The notes: a model not told the origin generated them from the letters alone. Shown: positions 50,213 to 64,000, counted from the first letter of the stretch. The stretch: DNA of 64,000 nucleotides from Marsupella aquatica (GCA_973895155.1 OZ316893.1:15964645-16028644); one strand, 5' to 3'. Numbers and translations: made by a program.

Positions 50213-52316
50213 CCACTGTAAGAGAGGCCAGGTTCGTAGCGTTTATGTCTCGAGTACAATGGCACTTGAATCAAGTTTCAAAACAACGCGACGGTTCCTT
50301 TGTTCTAAAAGAAAATTATTTTCAGGGACTTATTCTAGTTATTTGCTCATATCGACCTCGATGTCGAGGGGTCATGCTTGATCTGAGTACTATAAATATA
50401 AAATTGATAGGCTGATCTTAGAGGAGTAGCTTCCTACTCATTCATGGATTTCAATGAACGGATGTGGGCCGGAGTAATTGTGAGAAAGCTGCCAAAGTCA
50501 TATTGCCAGGCCAGGAACTTTATGTGAGATGCTCTAATAATCTGACTGGACAGATATAATACCGCGGAAGCAGTGATCTTGAAATATGTACTTGCAACGA
50601 TTCCACGTTGGCATGTGAAATTTGAGGATGGCTGTGCCAGACCCCACCTTGTCCCCCATAAACAACCGTATCTAGAGTCCAGTTCGCGTGTACAAGTTAC
50701 AATTATGTTTGTCATTAAAAATCTAACGGGCGTGCCATAAAATGTAGTCTCCAGTGAAAAAGTTTTTGCATTCGTTTACAGTGATCTGCACTACTGTTTA
50801 AGACTATAAAGCCATGAGCGTCGTACTCGTAACTACACGATAGAAGCTTAGAACTAGTGTTCACTTGAAAGTTACGTATACGTAGTTCATACGGCCAAAT
50901 TCGTCAAAGGTTCGGTGATTTTTACTAATGACAATATCTTCTACATTTCGTGGTCTTTCTTCCCTTGACAGCAATCACTAGATTCAAGAAGTATAATTTA
51001 CAGAAAGCGGAGAAGTAAGCCATGATGGACCGCCACCTCGTCTCTGGCAAGTCCCATCACTGAGACACGTACAGTCAGTTCCACAGTGTACACCTGATGG
51101 TCCTATGATGGACGGAACTGGTAACGAATTGAAAGCTTCAGCAGACCACGAACAATAATCCAACCGAATTCTGAGGGTTTTTCAAATGCAACTTATCTCG
51201 ATGCACAAATTTGAGAAGCTTATCTCGATGAGAAACAACAATGATTGGACCTTCTCCCATTTATTCGTGCCATTATAAACATTCCGGAGTCCATTTAAAT
51301 CTCCTAGTAGTACGTAGATAGTTAATCCAGCGACCTCACTAAGAATGATTGACTTGTGGGATTTGAAAGTTGTTATACTATTACGTCATACTTGAATGGA
51401 TAATATCCATGGATTTACTAAAGGAAACTAAACTAAACTATTTACATAATCTATTAATTTCTTATTTTCAAGCATTCTTCTAGCAGAACATCCACCTGGG
51501 GGGGATCGAGGTGCTTAAATGTTGATTGAGTGCATGATCGATCATCATCGGTCTGAAGAGCAAATGATATCTGAACAATATCTGTTTTTGTGGACTGTCC
51601 TTCCATGTAACCATTTTCGAAACGTGCCAGACAGTGGCAGCCCTTGTTCAACATACAACCGCGGGAGAGGGCCTTTGTCAAAGGATATCTGTTCAAATGC
51701 CTCGGTGTTCTCCATCTGGGTCTCCATGGCTCCAGTTGGCCTGAACTAGAGAAAGAAGTTCTATTTGCACTTGAGCTCGGAAGCTAGAATCACAGAAGCA
51801 ACAGTCACGATTTGATACTCGGACAAAAATTTCAATATTGTAAAAACTCTTTCTACAGTTCGTCTCACAAGCTAATTACAATCGCATGTATTCACGAAAA
51901 TGCTTAAACACTTCTGTCACCCGTCAGAGAGAGTCCAGCTGATTGAATGCGAGAATCCAGTGAAAACAAAGTTGGGGATTAGGAGAAGGATGATGCCGGT
52001 CGGAGGATACTAAGAATAGATTGTCTTGAAATGGCGGCAACGCCTCCATGCCAGTACGTAGTTGCCGGGATGGCAGATCTCTTGTTCAAAATAAATTTCA
52101 ATATAGCTAGCTAGGCCAGGTTTCTAATTTGTCGGATTGTGCTTTGGACACGCATCCTGCTACACGAAACAAACGATGCTGCAAGGAGCGGGGCGTTTAA
52201 ACAACTTAGAATCGAGCCCACGCTTAACGTATGATTGATTGACCGACCGTTTCAAAGCACTGCTCACGAGTTGACATGTTGAACATCGGGCACGGATTGG
52301 CTGCAAGTGCTAGTAG

Positions 52317-52443
52317 GAGCCCGAGCCTGAATTGCTTGATCCAGAGTTGCAGCTGCTGCCAACGCCCGGCCAACCTGTTGCTATTGTCTGTGGAAAGAGC
52401 CCAAGCCTGAATTGTTTGATCCAGAGTTGCAGCTGCTGCCAAA
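52317..52443. repeat. Short direct duplication (about 46 bp, 80-bp period)
   Basis: gagccc.agcctgaattg.ttgatccagagttgcagctgctgccaa occurs at 52317 and 52397. Confidence 0.8.
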
Positions 52444-55400
52444 GGAAAGCTCGGACAACCTGTCTATGGGAAGGGAACCAAAGCTATTGCTGAAATATTC
52501 TTGTCCACAAATTGATTTCGCTGCACACAAATTTGTTTTCTTGCTTTTCACCCTTTGCCCTCACTTTGATCACCATCTCTATTCAGAGTGATTCCAAACC
52601 TACTCCCATCTCTATTCAGAGTGATTCCAAACTTACTCCCTATGCTCTCCCCAGCCGACTTCTCTCTGGTCTCGTCTCTAGTTTGCTCTCTCATTCCAGA
52701 AAGTTTGGCTAGTAGCACAAACCAGTATGTGGATCTAGTTGGGATTTTTTAGTAACTTTGAGTTTTCAGTTTTCAACCACTTTTCTATCAAATGGACTCT
52801 ACCAAAAGGCAAAAATATGTTTGGTGCTAAAAACATAGGAAAGTTAGTTAATGTGGTTAGGGGGGGGAGGGGGGATAAGGGAGAATTAGGGTGTCCCATT
52901 CTTTTACAAATGCCCCATCCATCACTACATTGTTGAGAGTAGCAAGGGTTAATAACTTGTTGATACTTAACTGTAGCAAGTGGTTGAATAGGTTAATTAT
53001 CTGAGCACAACTTAACCAGGGTTAAGTGTTGCTGAGGTTAGACTAGTGGAAAAGGGCCTATTAATACTTTGGAGGAACACTTCATTGTGCTCACACTAGA
53101 TATCAATGGTCACGCGGTGGAGAGTGGAGAAAGAAAAGTATTGTGTTATGGAGCTTAGCTTGTGACTTGCCAGAGCTATGGCAAACTAATCAGACAATGT
53201 TGGCTACCTTTGCCTATTCTTGACCCTGTGATCCATTGGTACTAAGATTAATTTTGCCAGTGTATAGGGTCACAATGTCTATTCTATGCTCTCAAAAAAA
53301 ATTCAACGTTTAAATCAAGTAGGAATGAAAGACAGTAAAAATGCACTACCATGGTCTAGGTTTTGAATTCGGCATAGGTGTCCAGGCATGGTTGCACAAT
53401 ATGGGGGGATGTCTTATTTTTAAGCCACTTTGAATACATATTTAAATAATAATTTAATTGGAATTTTCTCCAAAATTTCCAATTTTTGTTATATTTTCAT
53501 TTTGGGCAGATGCGAACAAGCATTGGACAGATATTTGAGGTACGTGGGAGGAGTGTCTAGGTGGATCTGATGGCACCCAAAAAAACAAGTTTTGATGAAG
53601 AGCTAGGATTGGCTCTCACTTTTTCCTCATTTTGTAAAGGACTACAATACTTTTTTGGTGGATAGTGTATTACACTGTTTGATGGAAGTATTTACAAATG
53701 ACAGGAAACAGTTATTGGTAATAGGAAAATGGGTGATAAAGTTTTTGAAAAAAAATGACTTTTATTTATTTTTCAAGTTTTTGAAAAAATAATAAGTTGT
53801 GTGTGTTAGTTGACATTTTGCTAGTGCCCGAAGCTGGTAATAGTAGCACGCAAAACTAGCAAGAAAAAGTTGTGTGTTTAAGGATTATGGAAAATGAGAC
53901 TTTTCGTGAGACATTTTCAGATTAACTTTTTTCTGGTAACATTAACATTTTGCTGGTAACAGGAAAATAATTGTTGGTAACAGAAAACATATTTGGTATT
54001 TCTTGTCAGGGTCGCAATACCCATACCCGTTTGATGAGTTGATCTAAAATGGATGTGGAGGCATGGAATGGGGGTGTACACTCACTCATTTTGGCGTGGC
54101 ATGGTTGAGAAAAATGATTGAGAAATGTACATGCATCTATTTTGGTATGACATGAATGCATGGACATTATCTAATGCAATGTGACACCCACTTCTCATTT
54201 TTGTCCCAAATGATTATGCATATAACTGTTCCCATATGCAAGGAATTTAAATGCTCTAATTAGAAACATCCAATGGCTGAGAATCAAATTTGCCTTTTGT
54301 CACACACGAGTGGTCACAAAAGTGCTCACATGTGAAAAGAATGGTCACACAAGTGCTCAAACATGAAAAGAATCTGAATGGTCCAATTACACAGATCCAA
54401 TGGCTTAGAATTTCTGAGATGATGTGTATTAATTTTCCACAAAAATTTTAGAATTAGAAGAGTCTCTAACTAGACCCCAAACAGTCTTTTCATTTCTTGA
54501 GGAGCACGATGTGCTTGCATTGGTCTGCTTCCCTATGTTGTAATCTGGATCAACATTTTACCAACTTAAATATTTTTGGACTATGGTGTCTAATTATTTA
54601 ATGAGTAACTGTCCTTTGCCTCACCAATCTGTGGTGCATTCAAAGTACTTCTTGATAGTGGGAAAGTAATATGATGGATGTGCCATCCAAGTGTTCAAAA
54701 TATTTATCAAAGTTGCAAAAGGGAAATTTACAGTAAGCTCAATGGATAAATTTATTGTACAAAACTAAGTTCTTAAAATAACAAGGGAGATTTTAATGTT
54801 GTCCCAAAATAACAAGGGGTAATAGGGAGAGGGGTGATCACACTTATACCTCTACTCTACCAAGGCTGGGCCAGAGAATTTGGAAAAAACTGCCCATGGG
54901 GTCTGTAATAATTGGACATCACAATTCTATAGGCGTGTATCTATACAATTTTAGACATTTAGTGGTACAGATTTCTAACCTAGTGAGCCCAACTTGCACT
55001 TATATATAGGATGTGTGACCACTGCATTAGATTTTCCTTTCAGAAAAGGCACCATCATGCACCTATCCACGATTACAAACAAATTAACAAAACTAATCCA
55101 CATTTAGCACTTATGCAGGTAAGTAGTTCTTAGCCATCTAAGAACATAACTCAAAACCAGAGAAGTGTAGAAAGCAAGCTAGTGTGACGAGAGAGCCTTG
55201 GCCTCACTCTCTAAGCACCAAAAATTGGTTAACTATACTGTCCACCACAGTTAGGGTTACTAGCCCCGACTACCTGGTCTTTGAAAATGAATAGCAAGGA
55301 GAACAATAAAAATGTCACCAAAATATTGTCAGACTCCATCCTCTAGACTTGACAGCAATACGAAACATGAGAGCACTCAATCTCACACTACACCAACAAA

Positions 55401-56065
55401 ACACCACAATGGAAAAATTCTTGAAGGCATAGCTATGCAAAGTATACAAAGACATACTTTGCAAAGCTTGCACTTCCATACAATCTATTTAGTACATTTG
55501 TATTCTTTGATAATTTACATTCTTCGGACATTGGCATTCGTTGGGCAGGTGTTCTAACATTTGTTTAAGTTTATAGCATGTCTCATGTCAGGTGATATGG
55601 TGCAAAAAAACTAAATCTGAATGATGTCATTGATTCCCTCAAAAGTTGTTTGTAAATAGAGATGGCTCCTTTTGGCCAGATTAGATATTATAGTGATTGA
55701 TGCCCTCAGGCACCTTACAAAAATACTAAATATAAATTTAGTGGTTGCTGTGGAGAAAACCTCATCTTGGATGTTAGCTTATACTTCCAGAGAGCAGAGA
55801 GCAGCAAAAAAGGTCAAACCGGGGTACATGATCCCAATGGCAAAGAAGTCTAATGAAGGGAATAAAAAGAGGGGAAACGGCCCCAAGAAAACAAGCCAAT
55901 GGGTTGGGTGTAGACTAACACCATATTGAATAGAGAAGCCTGGTAGAACTCTAGAGTAACCCACATAGAAGGGTCACAAAATGGAACCTGCCTGGAAACC
56001 AAAAAAAAAAGTTCTTGACTCTTCCGTAGCAGACAGCACCTAAATAAAATGTTATTATATAACAT

Positions 56066-56837
56066 ATGGAGATGGGTTACTTGGATTATGCAGAGGGCAG
56101 GATCGCGAGTCTTGCAAAAATTTTCTTTCTCTGCGGTTCATGTGATCATGGGTGCTCCTTTGGATTGTTCTATTCGTGGTACCCCAATTAAACTTTGGCA
56201 TTTAGTCCGAGGAATTACGATTTGGCATTTATGGAAGGCTCAATGCTCATGGGAAAATGAGAAGGTGCCTATCAGTCTGGTGGGGATTCAGATTAATATT
56301 TGGAGAGAGCTCAGATTGAATATGAAAATTGCTTGGAAGCAAGGGAAGGATTTGCTACGACTCAATGACAGTGGAAGGCAGGATTTGCGGGGAAGGATAA
56401 TCCGGGATTTTGGTCATGATGGTGGCCTATTCCGTATGGAGGATGGTCTTTTTATCGTGGAATTCACTCCAGTGTGGCTTTTTGATCCACCTTGAAGACC
56501 TTGTAGTTTTGGTCATGTCTGTGTCTTATCCATTGTTTAGTTGTTGGCAGTTGGCGAATCCTTCTTTGATTGGGGATTTTTGCTGTGGTTCAGTGTGTCA
56601 GGAGTTGGTTCTTACTGCTTCTCTCCCTCTTCTTCAGTTTGAGTTTGGCCCTCAGTTCTGCTTGTCTTTTGGTTAGGTGTTTTGTTTTTTTGGTGTGGCC
56701 GGTTTAGTGGCTTCCACCTCTTTTTTACCTTTTTAGCCTGTGCCCACTTGACTGAATGTGTTTGGTCTTTGTGTGGCATTGGGTCTGGCCTGTTTTACTC
56801 CCGGATTTATTGGGTTTTACTTGACATATAAAAAAAA
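56066..56837 (+). mobile_element. 5'-truncated LINE (ORF2 C-terminus, 3' UTR, poly-A)
   Basis: IWRWV...LWHLVRGITIWHLWKAQC matches the WxIWKxRN-type motif that follows zf-RVT. T-rich 3' UTR ends catataaaaaaaa. No TSD found. Confidence 0.8.
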
Positions 56838-57949
56838 TCCTAAACTATAATACACAGTTGCGCCAAAAAATGGCGTGGTCGTCATTCAAATTTGGAGTGT
56901 CCTTTTGGGTGAGAATAATTGAAACCTGTAAATATGGAACCAATAAGGGGGAAAAAAAAGGAACTTGAGGAAACCTGGTACAGGGCTTGGTGTGCACAAA
57001 ACAAGTACACAAAGATGCACAAGACAGGTACTATTGTACCTTCAAGAATATGAGCTCATTACTCTTAGGAACCCCAGGTACAAGGTACAAAGGGGATAGA
57101 GGTCCTGTAAAAGAAGGCACAGTTGTACCATCAGAGTACAACTTTTAAGAGAGAGGGAAGAGGGTAGCTTCTTTCCTTTTGGAGTTTGGAGCTCTCTATT
57201 CCAAGCCTATGTGAGCTTATAAGGGCTCCAGGCATTTAATGAGTACTTTTAAGCAACAACAACTACCCAATGGCAAGAAGAGTGAGTGTGAAGAGGAGCA
57301 ATACCCATTACCCAATAGCTAGAAGAGGGAGAGCGATGAGGGAGAGTGAAGAGGAAGGAATGATGACTCCTGAGACTACCCTGGCCCTGGCCTCATCCAA
57401 ACAACGTAGTTTTTAGGTGCAAACTTTTGCCAAATTCCACCTCCCCAAAATATGTTCACCACTTTTTCCGTCATTTTTGCCAAAAAATTGCTAGATTCTT
57501 TGCATACCATTGGCCACTCTCCCACCAAATCATGGACCCATTTGCCAAAATCTAACCATTGTATGTCAATCTAGGGATATCTGATGAAGAAGATATAATT
57601 CAAGAAAAATTGTTGAAGAATACTCCTAGCATTTCCTTCCTTTGAGAGGCTGACATTTGTCACACTGGCCAAAAACCAAAAAATAATGTTGTAAAAAATG
57701 CTAGACCCAACATCCCGGGGTGGAATGAAACCCGAGACCCCAAGGTCCCATCCCCAACCCTAACTCAATCTTGCCCCGGGTTCCAACTCCCCAACAAGCC
57801 CTCAGTTGTTGTTATGTCTTGCCACTTTGTTTAGCACATGAAGAGGCATGGGGTGGGGGCCAAAATATCTGGACCAAAGTTGGTCCGGGGGTGGCAGGTC
57901 CTCCAATGTTGGAAAGTGTTGCAAACCACACCACCACCCCAGGGGGGCA

Positions 57950-58530
57950 TGGTATTGGCAAGTAAGGAGCCGAGTAAACTTGGATGAGGTTACCAAAGGG
58001 GTTCCATGCAAGGGGTAGGCAAATTGTTTTGTTGAAAAGTGGGCTGAGTCGTGCCGTTGCCCCAAGGGGAATTGGCATTGGGGCGGCCACAGCCAAGTAC
58101 TAAGCGGCCACGGTCAACTTTAAGCAAACTAAGCTTAAAGTAACCAAAAGAATTGGGGTTACTGATGGGGTTCCAAGATATATGCAAGGGTAGGGAAAGG
58201 GCCGCTGAAAAGTCAGCCAAGCTGCTCCGTTACCCGAGGGGGTCTTGATATTGGGGCGGCCAATGCCAATTAAGCTATTGCGGCGACTTTAAGTAAGAAC
58301 TCTAAGGTAGCCAAAACTTTGGGCCCAATGGGGTTCTAAGATGCAAGGGGTAGTGAAGAGTTGTTGAAAAGTCAGCCAAGCCATGTCATTATTGCAAGGG
58401 GTCTTGGCATCCCGCTCGGCATTGGGGCGGCCAAAGCCAAGTAAGCAGCCATGGTAACTTTAAGTAAAAAGCTTAAAGTAACAAAAACTTTGGGGTTATC
58501 AATGGGGCTTCAGGATGCAAGGGGTGGCAA
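57950..58530. repeat. Degenerate ~170-bp tandem repeat
   Basis: Recurrent attggggcggcca...actttaag...ggggttc..agatgcaaggggt...gaaaagtcagccaag. Confidence 0.75.
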
Positions 58531-58559
58531 AAAAGTGGCAACAACTTAACAACTTTTTT

Positions 58560-59880
58560 ACTTAACATGGTTTACTAGCAATATTTTCAATTGTACTTAA
58601 GAACATTTTTTACTTCACAACTTACATCTTTGTCTAATGACATCCCTTTACTTATCGACCATTTTGTACTTAACAAAAAAATACTTAATAACATCTTTCG
58701 TAAAACATCATCTTTTACCTGACAACATCTTGGATATAAAGACATCTTTGGTGCAACGACATCTTTTACTTCACAACATTTTTCACATAAAAACATTTTT
58801 TCTTCACAACGCCTTTGGCATCACGACATCATAGTTCTTAATGACATCTTTTTACTTCACAACATCTTTCACATATTAACAACTTCTTTGGCAACATGAC
58901 ATCTTTTTTCTTAAAACAATCTTTGACAACACAACATGTTTTTACTTAACAAAATTGTTGGCAACATCACCTTTTTCATGACAACATCTTTGGCAACACA
59001 ACATATTTTTTCTTAACGATATCTTTTGTGCAACGCACGGGTATTGAGCCATCTTTCACATATTAATGACATTTTGGGTGAAACAACACCTTTTTATTTA
59101 TAACATCTTTTACTTCACAATCACTTAGTTTGGCAAAATGACACCTTTTTCTTAACGCCATCTTTCACATAATGACATCTTTGGCAAAATGACTTATTTT
59201 TTCTTAACGACATCTTTTTACTTCATGACATCTTTCAGATAACAACATCTTGGGTGACACGACATCTTTTGTGCAATGCACTGATATTTTTCCTCAATGA
59301 CGTCTTGGCCAACACGACATCTGTTTTCTCAACGATGTCTTGGCCGACATGACTCTTTTTTCTCAATGATGTCTTGCCCAACACAACATATTTTCTCTCA
59401 ACGACGTCTTGGCCGACATGACATCTTTTTTCTCAACGACTTCTTTGCCAACACAAGATCCTTTATCTCAATGATTTCTTGGCCGGTCACACGACATATT
59501 TTTTATCAATGAGATCTTGGCCAACACGACATCGTTTTTCTCAACGACCTCTTGGCCAACACAACTTTTTTCTCAACAACCTCTTGGTCGACACGACATC
59601 TTTTTTCTCAACCAAATCTTGGCCAACATGACATCTTGGTCGACACGACATCTTTTGTTCTCAATGACATCTTGGCCGACACGACATCTTTTGTTCTCAA
59701 CGACATCTTGGCCGACACGACATATTTTGTTTATCATCAACATCTTGGCCAACACGACAATTCTTTGTTCTCAAAAATTTCTTGGGCGACACGACATCTT
59801 TCTTCTCAACAACCTCTTGGCCGACATGACCTCTTTTGTTCTCAACGACATCTTGGCCGTCACTACATCTTTTGTGCAAC
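58560..59880. repeat. Degenerate ~33-36-bp minisatellite
   Basis: tcttggccgacacgacatcttttgttctcaacgaca variants; better conserved toward the right end. Confidence 0.88.
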
Positions 59881-59885
59881 GCACG

Positions 59886-60047
59886 GGTGTTTTGTTTTTT
59901 TGGTGTGGCCGGTTTAGTGGCTTCCACCTCTTTTTTACCTTTTTAGCCTGTGCCCACTTGACTGAATGTGTTTGGTCTTTGTGTGGCGTTGGGTCTGGCC
60001 TGTTTTACTCCCGGATTTATTGGGTTTTACTTGACATATAAAAAAAA
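59886..60047 (+). mobile_element. Second copy of the LINE 3' end (162 bp including poly-A)
   Basis: Matches 56676-56837; one substitution seen (ggcattggg vs ggcgttggg). Confidence 0.92.
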
Positions 60048-61032
60048 GTTATTATAATTAAATGGGTAATGATGTCGACATCATCTAAATATTGTGTTTC
60101 CTCAGCCTACTGTAGCTGCTCTCCAGAATAAAAAGATAAAAAGTACTCAGGCTGGTAAGTCTCGAGCATATATTTTGGACAACTCGCTCACGGCCTCTCA
60201 CGGGAAGCCTTTACCATACTCTTTGTTCTCTTTGTCCCGTGCTGGTGCTCCTTGACTGCGCTGGATATCATTGGAAAAAAGCAGGCTACTCTTAAGCACG
60301 CTTGACTTAATTGTGAATTCTGACAAAAAAACGTATGTCGGAGTTTTGATTGATTACAGTGTTCTCAGTTCTCACGCGAGTGAGGCCTTTTCGATTCTTC
60401 CAGAGGTCGGCTGCTGTAGGTTTCGAACGACTTAACTCCCTCTCTTTCACAGGTCAGTCCAGTGGGTCGTGATGGCGACGAAATGCCATTCCTTCTTCAA
60501 CGCCGTCGAGTCTGTGCGTACGAATGGAATGGAATTTTAGCTTCGGTGCCCCGATTTTGTACTTCAGTGGTTCTACCGTCCCTTGGCAATTCATCGCGTT
60601 AGTTGCTCCGGGCTATGTTGGAAGAACTGGAAGAAGTCTGCTGCTAGGTTCTTTGTGCGCATCTGTGCTGAGAACTGTTCTCTAATCCTGAAGGCACTTG
60701 CTACCACCATTGGTCTCACAGTTCTCTGCCGATAGTTAACTGTCGACACCCTTTCTCGATTACTCTGCTCCAGGGTTTCCTTGTTACCGAGCCTGCGAGG
60801 ATTTTGTCCAGGAATTTCTGTCCACCGCCGCCAGAGCACTTCTGCGTTACGTTGCGGAGCCCGGAAATATCATCAGCAGCTCAAAATTCCGTCAGGTAAC
60901 GCCTCATATTTTTGCTAAATGACTTTATGACGGATGTCGATTTGACCTCCATCCTCTACATCTACTGATTCCAGCAATGTTGTCGGGTTCTGAATTTCCC
61001 ACTCATGCTTTATGTCCATGCGCGGTAACTGG

Positions 61033-61077
61033 GAGGAGAGGAGAGGAGAGGAGAGGAGAGGAGAGGAGAGGAGAGGA
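61033..61077. repeat. (GAGAG)n microsatellite upstream of the SPL7-like gene
   Basis: About 8-9 perfect pentamer units. Confidence 0.95.
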
Positions 61078-61470
61078 TTTTTTAGGGTAATCTCCGTCCT
61101 TACGGACTTTGACACGGGAGTGATCAACAAAATGGGGAGGCTACTACTACGGTGGTGGTGGTGTTAAGCTTGCTCACTCGCTACCATTTGATTGACCCCT
61201 TTGGTGATCTCTGCTCTCGCCGGTTCTAATTTTAGTCTTGACAATTACTTCGTGCGTGCACCTGAGTCCAGGCGAGGACATGCTGGTCCGGCCTAGCGTC
61301 AGATTCTTGGGGTAAAGTACAGGGAACTTAGCTGCGGAACGGAGCTGCTGACTAAAGAGTTTGGAGGCTAAGAGCTGGAGATTCCTTCTTAATTAGGGAA
61401 CTCGGCGAGTGCCGAGGTATGTGAGATGTAGACGGAAGGTAAAGGATTGGACATGGAGAAAGTTTGAATT

Positions 61471-63957
61471 ATGGCACACGGACGTCATCATGATACAGGG
61501 CTGTCTTGGGAGTGGGATAGCGTGCTGCTGTTATCTAATCCATGCCCGCTCCCTACACCCTTACTGGAAGCTGATGGGAGTAGCACTGGCGGTGCAAGGG
61601 AGAATCTAGGTTCTGCTCCGATTTCACCTTTAGACCAAGGGCACTTCCATAATGATTCTCTCCGTAATGAGACGTCCTCCAACAACCATGGCCACACAGA
61701 CTCACGATCATCCGAAACTCAGCGCCAGGATAGCAAAGGAGGAGACAAGAGGAGGGATCCGAGATTGGACTGTCCCAATTTTCTAGCCGGTAGGGTTCCT
61801 TGCGCTTGCACGGACAATGACGATGACGACAGTGGGGTAAGCAGGAAACGATCGAAACCGGTGCCGCGATGCCAGGTAGCAGCATGTGGTGCGGAGCTGA
61901 CAGACTTGAAGGGCTACCACCAGCGCCATCGAGTGTGCCTACGCTGTGCTCATGCCACGCGAGTGATTCTGCGCGACCAGCCTCATCGATACTGTCAGCA
62001 ATGTGGCAAGTCAGTATTTCTGAGTGCCTATGGTTTTCAGTTGTTATGCTTTATTCTGCTTTAGAGTTATTGATTGCCTCCCGTGTCCGTATTTATCCCC
62101 TCTACTTCCTCTCGTAATCTTGGACCACATAACAGTCCTGAGATAAATTACGTCTCATGCCATCTAAAATTAGAAGAGACCCGTGTTTTGGAAGTTGCAG
62201 TCGACTTTTCTAGATTTATTGTTAGCTTGCCGAGCTAGTTTCCTGTGAAGGTAGTCTAAAGAGTTTCGCTGAAATTAGCACAGAAAACATGTTCTGTTAT
62301 AGCCGAACAGCTAAGTCTTGGGATTGAGAATGTCTGGTTGCCACTTCTTCAGATTCCATCCCATCTGTGATTTCGATGAAGGAAAGAGAAGTTGTAGAAG
62401 GAAACTGGAAAAGCATAACAATCGGAGGCGAAGGAAAGCTGGTGAAGATAGTCTACCGGCTTCAGATTATGGGGACACGGATACTCTTAACGAGGGCAGC
62501 CCTGGAGATGGTACGTTGACGTCGGGACCTCTGCCTTTGGTGCGATTGGTCGGAATGGTTGGTAATTACCTTGTATGTTTGCTCAAGTATTTGAGCAAGT
62601 GGGTCTTAGAGAAGACCAAGCAAGCCCTCCTGCAAAAGTACTTCTCATTCTGGAGTTTTACAGCGAATAGGTTCGTGTTTGCTGGAATTGCTTCTTTGAC
62701 ACAAAGCACTGGATTTCTTACCAGGCACAAAAGGTGATGTACTGAGCGAGATGTATGTGAAAGTGTCGGAGACATCCGGTTTGTCACAAATTTCCTCAGA
62801 CAGTCCATCGCAAACCTTGGAGCCGAGTGTGGCAACAGGTGGACAGGGTATTCGTTCTTCTTTTATACATTAGTTTTAGGACCCAATTCTGTTGTGTTGA
62901 AGATGAATATTCATGTTCTCTTAGGATGTCACTTGATGATTAATTGTCTGTCGGATTTTTTTCAGAAAATGCGCCAACTGGCGAAGATACACTGAAAGAT
63001 TCAAAGTTTTCCCAGCATGTGGAGTTGCAATTTGTTCAAGAACAACCTTCTTCGTTTGCTGAACAAGCTCCTGTCATTGCGGAATCTCATGAACAAAGCA
63101 TCCATGTCACCGGCCCAAATAACTTCTCACTGCAAGACAGTCCCCATACAAGAGATACAGGAGTTCAGATTAGAAGGGAAAATGACGAAGAATCTTTACT
63201 GGCTTTGCTCATGGATGAGAATGGTGTAACAGAAGGCTCTCAATTTTCTGAAAGGAATGGTGAACATCTCGTCCTTGACCCAATACATTTGTGGGAAACG
63301 TCCACATCACCTAAGGATCTCAGTAAAAAAGTGGCATACTCTTCTCCGGTGAGTCTGATTTTGCTCTTGGCTAGCAGTGCAATAGGTGATCAATTTAAGA
63401 TGAGTCTTCAATTGGAAGTAGATGTCAAAGCAAGAGTCAGTTGTGTATCGGAGTTCGTTGAGTTTTCTTAAGGTGGCCTTATGGTCTTTCTAGTATGGGA
63501 TGCCTGGAATCCAATCCTCATAGGCATTCGACGTTTAGGTGTTGCTTCTGTACTCTTCTCTTCTTGAATTCTGATCAGGTGTATTATACCACAGCTTCCA
63601 ACTGGCCGCATTTCCTTCAAACTTTACGACTGGAATCCCGGTGACTTTCCTCGGCAGCTACGGCAACAGGTATGCGATTCACGATGTTTCCCCGGGGTTT
63701 CTCCCAACTGTTTCAGCTCCTGACATGATGGCTCAGATCTCAAATGTAGAACACTTTGCTTTATCACTTATGAATGCTTGGTTTTCTTATGTTGATGTGG
63801 ATGGGGCAGATGCTTCACAGGTCCTAACCATTATTTTGTGATGCTCCAGGTGATGGAGTGGTTGTCAAACATGCCTGTTGATCTAGAGGGGTATATTCGA
63901 TCGGGATGCACCATCCTAACAATTTTTATTGCCATGCCTCAATCAGTATGGGAGGAA
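61471..63957 (+). CDS. SPL7: SQUAMOSA promoter-binding-like factor, SPL7/CRR1 clade; 3' partial
   Basis: Exons 61471-62009, 62353-62510, 62800-62847 (tentative), 62966-63348, 63595-63669, 63850-63957. DPRLDCPNFLAGRVPCAC motif; SBP domain with a C4-type first finger (CQVAAC...RVCLRC) and CQQCGKFH...KRSCRRKLEKHNNRRRRK; RISFKLYDWNPGDFPRQLR; LEGYIRSGC. Confidence 0.92.
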
Positions 63958-64000
63958 GTGAGTTGATGTCCTCTTTGCTTGACTTTTCTGGCCTCCTTGC

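Noticed and set aside
51454-51749. Short ORFs on both strands
   Set aside because: No recognisable motif; a small exon cannot be excluded but is unsupported.
59297-60041. Several overlapping ORFs (TTSWPTRH repeats)
   Set aside because: Translations of a minisatellite and a LINE 3' UTR.

Overview
Eukaryotic nuclear DNA from a land plant, most likely a non-seed plant such as a bryophyte (lineage is inference). Three intron-containing host genes lie on the + strand: plastid ClpR2 (6.7-9.6 kb), an LPR1/CotA-type multicopper oxidase (47.8-50.2 kb) and an SPL7-type SBP-box factor (61.5 kb to the window end). The rest is a nest of decaying transposons: a Bianca-lineage Ty1/copia, a Ty3/gypsy, three Mutator-like TIR elements, two short MITEs, LINE pieces and several minisatellites. 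Three things stand out. (1) The gypsy polyprotein carries a complete C5-cytosine DNA methyltransferase domain between protease and RT, in the same frame as RT. (2) An 8.5-kb minus-strand cassette (PMD-like/coiled-coil, RING-finger and RPA70-like OB-fold ORFs, no transposase seen) is bracketed by direct arrays of an 84-bp repeat; each unit can fold into three hairpins and the larger array shows a 3-unit higher-order periodicity. (3) A fragment resembling a beta-class N4-C/N6-A DNA methyltransferase C-terminus is interrupted by the copia. All domain calls are by-eye motif recognition; no searches were run.
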